Under the pieces are notes generated by a model, which worked only from the letters and a program-made list of their open reading frames with translations, did no database searches and was not told the origin of the DNA. DNA of 64,000 bases from Betaproteobacteria bacterium. GTDB taxonomy: Bacteria; Pseudomonadota; Gammaproteobacteria; Burkholderiales; Usitatibacteraceae. The first letter of the stretch is position 1; the number at the start of each line of letters is the position of its first letter. This document shows positions 33,055 through 41,364 of the stretch, piece by piece. Location: NCBI GenBank assembly GCA_019449455.1, contig JAGRPO010000088.1:459-64458 (forward strand). The letters are read 5' to 3'. Made by a program: the position numbers and the translations under genes.

Positions 33055-33096
33055 ATGCTAGGCAGCCGGCCCGGGGAAAAAATTGAACCCGTTCAA
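33055..33096 (-). promoter_or_regulatory. Candidate class II Crp/Fnr(Dnr)-dependent promoter of the respiratory operon
   Basis: Perfect palindrome TTGAAC-CC-GTTCAA (33083-33096; TTGA-N6-TCAA core). On the minus strand the -10-like TAGCAT (33060 to 33055) begins 29.5 nt from the box centre, i.e. the classical -41.5 geometry. Confidence 0.5.
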
Positions 33097-33150
33097 GAAA
33101 AGCCGCTTTGGACCCCGGTGCCGTGGCAGATCGCCCGTCCGGCCGCTAAC

Positions 33151-34221
33151 ATGGAGCCCGTGAACGCCACCATGATCGATTCGTCCCCGGCGGCCACCGC
33201 CGCGGCTGCCCCGGCCGCCGGCCGCCGCGCCGTAGCGGCCTGGCTCCTCGCCTGCTGTGCCCTCGTCTTCGCCATGGTCGTCGTGGGCGGGGCCACGCGG
33301 CTCACCCACTCCGGCCTGTCCATCGTCGAGTGGCAGCCCCTGGTGGGAGCCCTCCCGCCGCTGAACGACGCGCAATGGGCCGAGACCTTCGGGAAGTACC
33401 AGCTCACGCCCGAGTTCAGGCTGCGCAACCACGACATGGACGTCGAGGGGTTCAAGACGATCTTCTGGTGGGAGTACTTCCACCGCCTCCTCGGCCGGCT
33501 CATCGGCGTGGCGTTCCTCGTGCCGTTCCTCTATTTCTGGCTTCGCGGGCGGCTCGACCGGCCGCTCGGGTGGAAGCTCGCCGGCATCTTCGCGCTGGGC
33601 GGGCTCCAGGGCGGGATGGGCTGGTACATGGTGAAGAGCGGCCTCGTGGCCGACCCGCAGGTGAGCCAGTTCCGGCTCACGGCGCACCTGGGGCTGGCGC
33701 TCCTCATCCACGCGGCCATGTTCTGGGTGGCGCACGAGATCCTCAGGCCCGCGCCCTCGGGCGCGCCGGCGGGCCTTCGCCGCGCGGGGCTCGCCTTCGC
33801 CGCCGTCGTCTTCGCGATGGCGCTCACCGGCGGCCTGGTCGCCGGCATCCGCGCCGGCTTCGCCTACAACACCTGGCCGCTCATGAACGGCCACTGGGTG
33901 CCGCCGGAGATCCTGATGATCGAGCCGTGGTGGCGCAACTTCGGCTACAACATGGCCACGGTTCAGTTCGTGCACCGGACGCTCGCGATCGTCGTCCTGG
34001 CCGGCGCCTGTTTCCTCGCCTGGCGCGTCTTCGCCACGCGCGCGGCGGGCACGCAGGCGCGCCTGGCCGCGGGAACGCTCGCCGCGGTCACCCTGCTGCA
34101 GGTGGCGCTCGGCATCGCGACGCTGCTGATGGCGGTCCCCGTCGGCCTGGGCACCGCGCACCAGGGCGGCGCCGTGGTCGTCCTCACCGCCGCCCTCTGG
34201 CTCGCCCGGGCCCTGCGCTGA
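33151..34221 (+). CDS. ctaA: Haem A synthase (COX15/CtaA type)
   Basis: ATG at 33151 within ORF 32953..34221. GGATRLTHSGLSIVEWQP, FWWEYFHRLLGR, VQFVHRTLA and GTAHQGGA are typical COX15 motifs. Confidence 0.88.
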   Translation: MEPVNATMIDSSPAATAAAAPAAGRRAVAAWLLACCALVFAMVVVGGATRLTHSGLSIVEWQPLVGALPPLNDAQWAETFGKYQLTPEFRLRNHDMDVEGFKTIFWWEYFHRLLGRLIGVAFLVPFLYFWLRGRLDRPLGWKLAGIFALGGLQGGMGWYMVKSGLVADPQVSQFRLTAHLGLALLIHAAMFWVAHEILRPAPSGAPAGLRRAGLAFAAVVFAMALTGGLVAGIRAGFAYNTWPLMNGHWVPPEILMIEPWWRNFGYNMATVQFVHRTLAIVVLAGACFLAWRVFATRAAGTQARLAAGTLAAVTLLQVALGIATLLMAVPVGLGTAHQGGAVVVLTAALWLARALR

Positions 34222-34248
34222 CCCCGGGACCCCGCCGGCTGGCGCCCG

Positions 34249-34818
34249 TCAGGGCTTCAGCGGGCAGTTCTTCACGCGCGGGCAGGCTTCGTCGTGGCGG
34301 TGCGCGATCGAGATGGCGATGGCCTTCGACCGCGAGGGATCGACGGTGCCCATCAGCTCGGCGAGCTCGACGCTTTCGCGCTCGAGGTGGCGGCGCATGC
34401 GCGCGAGGAAGTCGGCCGAGGTGCCGCCGGGAAAGGCCACCAGGACGCCGCCCGCGAGGGCGAGCAGCGGGATGCGAAGCGCATGCCACAGCTCGGCCAG
34501 CTCGCGGTGCTCCACGAGGAGCGAGGAGACGAGCTCGAAGGACTGGCCGCGGTGGGCCGGCGAGTCGGAGGCGGCGAGGACCGCCGGGAAGATGTCCGTT
34601 TCCTCGTCGACCACGTGCACGTTGATCGCCTCGTCGATCTCCGCGACCAGCGCGCCGGCGCGACCGGACAGGCCGGCGGGCGGCGGGGTCGGGACGGCGG
34701 CGAGCTCGGACGCGAGCGCCTCCAGGCGATCGAGCAGCCCGGCAATGCAGCGGTGGCACTGCCCGAGCGAATCGCGCGGGGACGTAACGCCGGTCTGTTC
34801 GGACTGCGGATCTGGCAT
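34249..34818 (-). CDS. Hemerythrin-like (HHE cation-binding) domain protein
   Basis: ATG at 34818 follows GGAGGG. Spaced His/Glu motifs: CHRCIAGLLDRLE, NVHVVDEETDIFP, LVEHRELAELWH, RRHLERE. The assignment is tentative. Confidence 0.5.
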   Translation of the reverse strand: MPDPQSEQTGVTSPRDSLGQCHRCIAGLLDRLEALASELAAVPTPPPAGLSGRAGALVAEIDEAINVHVVDEETDIFPAVLAASDSPAHRGQSFELVSSLLVEHRELAELWHALRIPLLALAGGVLVAFPGGTSADFLARMRRHLERESVELAELMGTVDPSRSKAIAISIAHRHDEACPRVKNCPLKP

Positions 34819-34841
34819 CGGCCCTCCGGAAGCGAGGACCA

Positions 34842-34883
34842 AGACTACCGGGACGGGCGCCGCGGCAATTTAAAGAAGATCAA
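34842..34883 (-). promoter_or_regulatory. Weak Crp/Fnr-like half-site promoter candidate for the hemerythrin-like gene
   Basis: TTAAAGAAGATCAA (34870-34883; only the right half ATCAA is canonical). The minus-strand -10-like TAGTCT (34847 to 34842) begins 29.5 nt from the centre. It shares the TCAAGAAAA flank with the 33083 box. Confidence 0.25.
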
Positions 34884-34916
34884 GAAAACGGCAATGCGGC
34901 CCGACCGGCGGGGCGA

Positions 34917-35651
34917 TCAGGCGAGGTGAAGCCCGCCGTCGAGGCCCAGGGTCTCGCCGGTCATGAATCCCGCCAGCGGGGAGACGAGAAAGCGCACGGC
35001 GTGCGCGAATTCCTCGGGCTCGCCGAAGCGTCCCGCCGGAAGCGCGGCGAGCACCTGGCGCCGCTGCGCCTCGGTGAGGTGGTCGGTCGCGGAGGGCGAG
35101 CGCATGAAGGTCGGGGCGATGGCGTTGACGGTGACGCCGCGGGAGGCGACCTCGCGGGCCAGCGCCTCGGTGAGCGAAGCCACGGCGCCCGAGGCTGCCG
35201 CGTCCGCGGTCCCGCGCGGGGCCGCGCTCGCGCGATGCCCGCCCACGTTCACGATGCGGCCCCAGCCGCGCGTCGTCATTTCGGGAAGCACCGCGCGCGA
35301 CCACAGGAAGGTGCCGTCGAGGCGCGCGCCGAGGACGCGGCGCCAGGCGGTCATGTCCGTGGCGGCGATCGCCGAGTCGGTGGAGGCGCCAGCCGCGTTC
35401 ACGAGGATGTCCACCGGCCCCAGGTCGGCGCGCACGCGCTCGTGCGCGGCGCGAACGGCCTGGGTGTCCGTGACGTCGGCCGCGACGACGATGCGCTCGC
35501 CGCGCAGGAATCTCGACAGCGTGTCCAGGCGCAGCGCGTCGAGGTCCACGAGCGCCACGCGGGCGCCATCCTCGAGGAGGGCGCGCACGGCCGCCAGCCC
35601 GAGGGCGCCGGCTCCGCCGGTCACCACCGCCACCTTGCCCCGGATCGTCAT
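34917..35651 (-). CDS. Short-chain dehydrogenase/reductase (FabG-like)
   Basis: ORF 34917..35651. VAVVTGGAGALG (TGxxxGxG), NAAG, and a predicted catalytic Ser/Tyr/Lys region. Confidence 0.88.
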   Translation of the reverse strand: MTIRGKVAVVTGGAGALGLAAVRALLEDGARVALVDLDALRLDTLSRFLRGERIVVAADVTDTQAVRAAHERVRADLGPVDILVNAAGASTDSAIAATDMTAWRRVLGARLDGTFLWSRAVLPEMTTRGWGRIVNVGGHRASAAPRGTADAAASGAVASLTEALAREVASRGVTVNAIAPTFMRSPSATDHLTEAQRRQVLAALPAGRFGEPEEFAHAVRFLVSPLAGFMTGETLGLDGGLHLA

Positions 35652-35667
35652 GGTCGCTTCTTCTCCT

Positions 35668-36348
35668 TCATCGCCCCGCCGGGCGCCACGGCGCGAGGAG
35701 TTCCGCCAGGCCGTCCCAGCAGATCTGCACGCCGATGCACAGCAGGATGAACGCCGAAAGCCGCAGGAAGACCGCCGTCCCCGATGCGCCCAGGAGCCGC
35801 ACGAGGTGCGAGGCGTAGCGATAGGCGAGCCAGATGGCCACCGAGGCGATCCAGATCCCGATGAGCAGCCCCGCCGACGTGGTGAACAGGGGCACGCCCC
35901 GCTTGGGCAGGCTCGCGCCCAGCGTGATGGCGATCGAAATGGAGCCCGGGCCCACCGTGATGGGGAACGAGAGGGGATAGAAGGCGTGCCCGGCGACTTC
36001 GTGCGCCGGCGTGAGCCGGGTGGAACCCGGCGCGTCGCTGCCCGCGCCGCCCTCGGCGGCGAGCAGTCGCCAGGCCGTGGCCGCCACGAGCAGCCCGCCG
36101 CCCACGCGCACCACCGGAAGCGAGATGTCGAAGAAAGCCAGCACGTGCGTGCCGACGAACGCCGCGGCCACGAGGAGCACGAGGCAGTTGAGGCCGACTC
36201 TGCGCGCCATGCCCCGTCGCGCGTCCTCGGCCATGCCGCCCGTGAGCGCGAGGAAGATCGGCGCGTTTCCCGGCGGATTGGTGATGGGAAGCAGCGCGGC
36301 GAGCGTCACCAGCGCGGTCCGGGCGATCGTGGCGAGCTCGGTCTCCAA
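35668..36348 (-). CDS. MarC/UPF0056 family integral membrane protein
   Basis: ORF 35668..36348 with a TTG start codon. LLPITNPPGNAPIFL is the family signature. Confidence 0.78.
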   Translation of the reverse strand: METELATIARTALVTLAALLPITNPPGNAPIFLALTGGMAEDARRGMARRVGLNCLVLLVAAAFVGTHVLAFFDISLPVVRVGGGLLVAATAWRLLAAEGGAGSDAPGSTRLTPAHEVAGHAFYPLSFPITVGPGSISIAITLGASLPKRGVPLFTTSAGLLIGIWIASVAIWLAYRYASHLVRLLGASGTAVFLRLSAFILLCIGVQICWDGLAELLAPWRPAGR

Positions 36349-36357
36349 GGGCGGCCG

Positions 36358-36816
36358 TCAGCTCGTGCAGTCGAGGTAGATCGTGCGGTGCTCGTAGGCG
36401 GACGCGGTCTTCGCGATCGTCCCGCACACGTAGGTCACCTCGAGCTGCTTGCGGTCGCCCGGCGCCGGGTCGCCGCACATCGCGTTGGAGATCTCGAAGG
36501 AGGCGGTGCGCCTGCCGTTCACGCGGCGCGCGACCCAGCGCGTCGCGTCGCAGCTCTTCGCGGAAGTGCCGTAGTACGCGGTGGACACCGTGATCGGGCC
36601 GGTGGGCCGCGGCGGGGCGGGAGCGGCCGCCGGCGGCGGCGGGGGGCGCCGGCCTTCGTCGAGCGCCTTGCGGTATCCCGCGGCGAAGCCGTCGTCGTAG
36701 CCGCGGCGATAGCCGTCGCGGTAGTCGCTGCGGTTCTCCTGCGATTCCTCGCCGTCGATGGCGAAGGCGGGCGTGCCCAGGGCGACGAAAAGGGCCAGGG
36801 CTAGGCAGTGGCGCAT
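36358..36816 (-). CDS. Secreted hypothetical protein
   Basis: ATG at 36816 within ORF 36358..37707. It has a signal peptide MRHCLALALFVALGTPAFA, a Pro-rich linker, and a Cys-containing C-terminal domain. It overlaps the upstream gene by 16 nt. Confidence 0.55.
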   Translation of the reverse strand: MRHCLALALFVALGTPAFAIDGEESQENRSDYRDGYRRGYDDGFAAGYRKALDEGRRPPPPPAAAPAPPRPTGPITVSTAYYGTSAKSCDATRWVARRVNGRRTASFEISNAMCGDPAPGDRKQLEVTYVCGTIAKTASAYEHRTIYLDCTS

Positions 36817-37628
36817 GGGGTGTTCTCCAGGACGGGGGAAGGGCGGCCTGTCGCCTTGCGGCTGCGGCATGCGGCGAGGAAGGCGTCGAGCAGGGGCTTG
36901 CCGTCGAGCAGCTCGGCGTCGGACGGATTCATGAACTCGGGATGCCACTGCACGCCCGCCACGAAGCTCGGCCCGGCCCAGCGCACGGCCTCGACGACGC
37001 CGTCGGGCTCGCTCAACGCCTCGATGACGAGGTCGCGGCCGAGCGTCTTCACGGCCTGGTGGTGGATGGTGTTGATTCGCGCGAGCCCCGTGCGCGGGTA
37101 CAGGCGGGAGAGCCAGCCCCCCTCGACCACGCGCATGGCATGGAAGTTGTCCTCGTAGCGCCGGTCGCACCGGTGCAGGACGGATTCGCCCACCTGGGTG
37201 GCGATGTCCTGGTAGAGCGTGCCCCCGAAGGCGACGTTGATGAGCTGGCTGCCCCGGCAGATGCCGAAGACGGGCTTGCCCTGGCGCACGAATTCCTCGA
37301 AGAGCCTGATCTCGTAGCGGTCGCGGACGCGGTCGCCGGACCACTCCGGGTTGAGCGGCGCCTCGCCGTAGGTTTCCGGGGCGATGTCGGCGCCGCCCTG
37401 CAGCACCAGGCCGTCGAGCGCGTCCACGTAGTCCTTCTTCGAGATCCTGGACGGATGGTGCGGGGAGGCGATGCTCAGCGCCGGGACCATGAAGGCGAGC
37501 ACCTGGCCCGACATCACCCAGCTCGCCACCGATTGCTCGAGGTACTGGACGCTCTTCGTGGGCATGAAGAAGCGGCGGGGATCGGGATAGAGCAGCCGCG
37601 CCGATATTCCGATTTTCAGCGGTTCCAT
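36801..37628 (-). CDS. Class I glutamine amidotransferase / peptidase C26 (PuuD-like gamma-glutamyl hydrolase)
   Basis: ORF 36801..37628. GKPVFGICRGSQLINVAFGG (nucleophile Cys) and GVQWHPEF (catalytic His). Confidence 0.85.
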   Translation of the reverse strand: MEPLKIGISARLLYPDPRRFFMPTKSVQYLEQSVASWVMSGQVLAFMVPALSIASPHHPSRISKKDYVDALDGLVLQGGADIAPETYGEAPLNPEWSGDRVRDRYEIRLFEEFVRQGKPVFGICRGSQLINVAFGGTLYQDIATQVGESVLHRCDRRYEDNFHAMRVVEGGWLSRLYPRTGLARINTIHHQAVKTLGRDLVIEALSEPDGVVEAVRWAGPSFVAGVQWHPEFMNPSDAELLDGKPLLDAFLAACRSRKATGRPSPVLENTPCATA

Positions 37629-37776
37629 CTTCGTATTCCTCCCTCTTCCTCGGGGAGAGGGGCGCCGTAACTATATCCCGTCGCCGCCATCCCCGCCGCG
37701 CGCCCACCTGTTGACCTATGACAGGAACGCCTCGCGCAGCCCGGCTACATTGGGAGCGTAACCTCCTGTTTTCGCC

Positions 37777-39714
37777 ATGGAAAAGTCACGCATTGTCGAG
37801 GCACTGGGCGAAGAAGGGCTGCGCCTGCCCGCACTCCTGAACGACGCGCTCGCGGCGAACGACCGCGCCAAGTACCTCTTCACCGTGCTCCAGGTCGCGC
37901 GGGGCCATGCGGACCACCCCGGAGGGCCCGCGCCGGAACTGCGCGCCGAGCGCGAGGCCGCCGGCCTGACTGCCGCCGGCTTCGACGAGGTTGCCGCGCT
38001 GGCGACCAGGGTCGGCGAGGACCGCTATTTCATGCCCGGGGTCGAGCGGCTGTGCGCGCGCCTGCACGCGGAAGTCGACGCGATGCTCGCGCCGCTCCAG
38101 GCATCGGGAGACGAGGCCGACGGGTTCGACGGGCGGCGCGCGCGGCTGGCCGCGCAGCCGTGGTGCGGCGAGGACGACCAGATCAGCGCGGAACAGATCG
38201 CCTCGCTCACCGCGGGCGGCCGGGAAGGCGCCGACACCGTCCACCGGCTCGTGATGGACATGCACAAGGCCCTGAACGGGCTGCAGGCGCGCATCGCGTC
38301 GGAGGCGATCGATGGCGCCCACGCCTACGGGATGGCGCAGGGGGACCGGGCGCTCGTGGCGGCGTTCATGCGGGGCGTGAACCGCACCGCTGCCCTGAAG
38401 CTCGACCACCCCGGCCTCGGCACGACCGCCACGCGGTCGGGCGCGAAGCTGGTGATCCAGAACGACATCGGGACGACCGAGGCGCACGTCCTCGTGGTGC
38501 ACGTCGAGGGCGGCCGCGTGACCCTCACGTACACCGACGTTCACATGCAGCGGCTCCTTTTCTTCCAGAGCCTCTTCGATGCGTGGCGCGTGGACTGGCA
38601 GGACACCCTCTCGCGCACCGACCGCACGATGGAGGACGGCGTCTACCACCTCTGCATCGGCTCCTACGCGGCCGCGGGCGCGGCCGAGCTGGAGGAGTAC
38701 CTCGCGTTCCTCGGCTCCCGCCTCGTCTTCCTCATCGACTGGAACCGCGCCCGCAAGCGCCTGCGACTGCTGCTGCCGAAGAAGGACCTGATGGATCTCC
38801 TCAAGTGGACGGCCGACAACGACCACGGGCACATGGCCTTCCTGCGCGCGGGCGGGGAGCAGATGATCTTCGACTCCCTCGCTTTCGTGTCGCGCGCGCC
38901 CGCCTCCTTCGGCGCCCGGCTGGACGACGTGCTGGGGCGCGCGGCGGCGGTGAACTTCATGCGCTACGTGATGCGGACCTGCGCGCAGGGCCTGATCGGC
39001 GGCCGCCCGGAGGGCCTCATCCGCGACGAGGTCCGCGCCGAGCTGGTGAGCTACTTCCGCTCGGCGCAGGAGAGCGTTCTCGACGTCGCGGCCGAGCACG
39101 CCGCGTTCGCCCTCGAGATCGCCTCCGGCATACGCGACGCGCTGGTGAACGCCGGCACGCCCTCGGCGGGCGAGGCGATCGCCCGCAACGCGCAGCGCGC
39201 GAAGGCGTGGGAGCACCGCGCCGACGATCTCGTCAACGCGGCGCGCGCGCAGGCGAGGCATTCGGAGCGCGCGCAGTCCTACCGCGACCTGATCGAGGTG
39301 GCCGACGACATCGTGGACGAGCTCGAGGAGGCCGCGTTCCACCTCGCGCTCGTGCCCCGCGACGCCGACGGCGATTCGCTGTGCGCGGCGCTGCGTCCCC
39401 TGGCCGCGCTCGCGGTCGAGAGCGTCCAGGAGTATCTCAAGGCGGTGGAGACCGCGCGCACGCTGCACCGCGGCAGCCCCCGGGAGGACACGCAGGATTT
39501 CCTCGAGGCCATCCACCGGATCATGACGCTGGAGCGGCGAAGCGACGAGATCCATCGCGCGGCCAAGACCCTGGTTCCGTCCCGGTCCGGAAGCTACGGC
39601 GCCCTCTTCGGCTTCATCGAGTGCGCGGGAAATCTCGAGGCGGCGATCGACGCGCTGATGCACACCGCGCTGCACCTGCGCGACGCGGTGCTGGGCGAGC
39701 TGGTGGTGCAGTGA
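37777..39714 (+). CDS. 645-aa protein: unknown N-terminal region of about 430 aa + DUF47/PhoU-like helical C-terminal domain
   Basis: ORF 37777..39714. The C-terminus has WEHRADDLVNAAR...YRDLIEVADDIVDELEEAAFHL and IMTLERRSDEIHRAAKTL (two E..aD.i repeats as in DUF47/PhoU). Confidence 0.65.
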   Translation: MEKSRIVEALGEEGLRLPALLNDALAANDRAKYLFTVLQVARGHADHPGGPAPELRAEREAAGLTAAGFDEVAALATRVGEDRYFMPGVERLCARLHAEVDAMLAPLQASGDEADGFDGRRARLAAQPWCGEDDQISAEQIASLTAGGREGADTVHRLVMDMHKALNGLQARIASEAIDGAHAYGMAQGDRALVAAFMRGVNRTAALKLDHPGLGTTATRSGAKLVIQNDIGTTEAHVLVVHVEGGRVTLTYTDVHMQRLLFFQSLFDAWRVDWQDTLSRTDRTMEDGVYHLCIGSYAAAGAAELEEYLAFLGSRLVFLIDWNRARKRLRLLLPKKDLMDLLKWTADNDHGHMAFLRAGGEQMIFDSLAFVSRAPASFGARLDDVLGRAAAVNFMRYVMRTCAQGLIGGRPEGLIRDEVRAELVSYFRSAQESVLDVAAEHAAFALEIASGIRDALVNAGTPSAGEAIARNAQRAKAWEHRADDLVNAARAQARHSERAQSYRDLIEVADDIVDELEEAAFHLALVPRDADGDSLCAALRPLAALAVESVQEYLKAVETARTLHRGSPREDTQDFLEAIHRIMTLERRSDEIHRAAKTLVPSRSGSYGALFGFIECAGNLEAAIDALMHTALHLRDAVLGELVVQ

Positions 39715-41336
39715 GCACGGTCGACGGCGCCTGCCCGGTCTTCGGGATCGGCATCGCGAAAGCCGGCACGGGAACGGGTGGCCTCGACCAGATGGGCTCG
39801 AAGGCCTTCAACCTGCAACGCATGGTGGCCGCCGGGCTTCCGGTGCCGCAGGCCTACGTGCTGGGAACCGGGTGGTGCGGGATGCACCAGCGCGATCCCG
39901 GCGCAACGCGGCAGGCGCTTCACGACGCGCTGGGCGAGTGGACGCGCCGCCTCGAGCAGGCCTGCGGGCTCGCCTTCGGCGGCGAGAGGAGGCCGCTCCT
40001 CGTCTCGGTGCGCTCGGGAGCGCCGGCGTCGATGCCGGGGATGATGGACACCGTGCTCAACGTCGGGCTGTGCGACCGCGCCGTGCGGGGCCTGCTGCGC
40101 CTCTCCGGCAACCCGCGACTCGCATGGGACTCGTACCGGCGACTCGTGCAGCAGTATGCCCAGGTCGTGCACGGCGCCAGGGGCGGCGCGTTCGACGAGA
40201 TCGCCGCCGCCGCCGTGGCGCAGGCGGGCGCGCAGGGCGTCCGCGAGCTCGACTTCGAGAGCCTCGCCAGGCTCGCCGCCGACAGCCTCGACCTGTTCGC
40301 CGACATCACCGGGGCGCCCTTCCCGCAGGACCCGCGCGAGCAGCTCGAGGCCGCGACGGTTGCGGTGCTCGACTCGTGGCGCTCGGCGCGCGCCACGGAA
40401 TACCGCCGCCTGCACGGCATCGCCGACGCCATGGGGACGGCGGTGACGGTGCAGCGCATGGTCTTCGGCAACGCCGGCGGAACCTCGGGCTCCGGCGTGG
40501 GGTTCACGCGCGATCCGGCCACCGGCGAAAACCGCCTCTACCTCGATTTCCTCTTCAACGCGCAGGGCGAGGACGTGGTGTCCGGGCGCCACGCCGTCAC
40601 CGACACGGCCCGGCTGCCCATGGCGCTGCCCGAAGTCGCCCAGCGACTCGAGGAATTGCGCCACGCACTCGAGTCCACGTTCGGCGACGCGCAGGAGTTC
40701 GAGTTCACCGTGCAGGACGGGCGGCTCTACCTGCTGCAGACGCGCACCGCCAAGCGCACGCCGTGGGCGGCGCTGCGGATCGCGGTGGAGCAGGTGCGCG
40801 AGGGCATCGCCACGCCCGCCCAGGCGCTCGCGCGCCTCGAAGGCATCGACCTCGCGGCCATCGAGCGCCGCCGCGTGGCCGACGAAGGCGAGGCGGCGCT
40901 CGCCAGCGCCGTGCCGGCGAGCATCGGCCTCGCGGTGGGGGCGATCGCGCTCGACACGAAGACCTGCGTGCGGCTCGCCGGCGAGGGCCGTCCGGCCATC
41001 CTGGTGCGCAACGACACGAGCACGGAGGACATCGCCGGCATCGCCGCCGCGAGCGGCGTCCTCACGGCGCGCGGCGGCCGGACCTCGCACGCGGCCGTCG
41101 TCGCGCGCCACATGGGAAAGGTCTGCCTCGTGGGCTGCGCCACGCTGCGGATCGACGAGAAGGCGCGCACGATCACCTTCGGCGGGGCGACGCGGCGCGA
41201 GGGCGAGACCATCTGCCTCGATGCGGAGAACGGGCGGGTCCTCGACGGCGAGCCCGAGGTGGTCGTCGAGCGCCCCGAGGGACTGCTCTCGGAGGTGGCG
41301 CGCTGGCGGGCCGGCTCGCCGTCAGTCCCGGCGTGA
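39711..41336 (+). CDS. Truncated pyruvate,phosphate dikinase-like protein (ATP-grasp nucleotide domain + swivel phospho-His domain; no PEP/pyruvate TIM barrel)
   Basis: GTG at 39711 overlaps the upstream stop (GTGA), in frame with ORF 38052..41336. LLVSVRSGAPASMPGMMDTVLNVGL, FPQDPREQL, GTAVTVQRMVFGN, NAQGEDVVSG, LYLLQTRTAKRT, TARGGRTSHAAVVARHMGK (His codon 41088-41090). The protein ends about 80 aa after the His. Confidence 0.85.
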   Translation: MSTVDGACPVFGIGIAKAGTGTGGLDQMGSKAFNLQRMVAAGLPVPQAYVLGTGWCGMHQRDPGATRQALHDALGEWTRRLEQACGLAFGGERRPLLVSVRSGAPASMPGMMDTVLNVGLCDRAVRGLLRLSGNPRLAWDSYRRLVQQYAQVVHGARGGAFDEIAAAAVAQAGAQGVRELDFESLARLAADSLDLFADITGAPFPQDPREQLEAATVAVLDSWRSARATEYRRLHGIADAMGTAVTVQRMVFGNAGGTSGSGVGFTRDPATGENRLYLDFLFNAQGEDVVSGRHAVTDTARLPMALPEVAQRLEELRHALESTFGDAQEFEFTVQDGRLYLLQTRTAKRTPWAALRIAVEQVREGIATPAQALARLEGIDLAAIERRRVADEGEAALASAVPASIGLAVGAIALDTKTCVRLAGEGRPAILVRNDTSTEDIAGIAAASGVLTARGGRTSHAAVVARHMGKVCLVGCATLRIDEKARTITFGGATRREGETICLDAENGRVLDGEPEVVVERPEGLLSEVARWRAGSPSVPA

Positions 41337-41364
41337 CCCCCGCGGGGTCGCGCCGCAATGCGGG

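Noticed and set aside
38052-41336. 1094-aa plus-strand ORF
   Set aside because: The first roughly 550 codons overlap the 37777-39714 gene out of frame and are Arg/Gly/Pro-rich. PPDK-like sequence begins only at the GTG at 39711.
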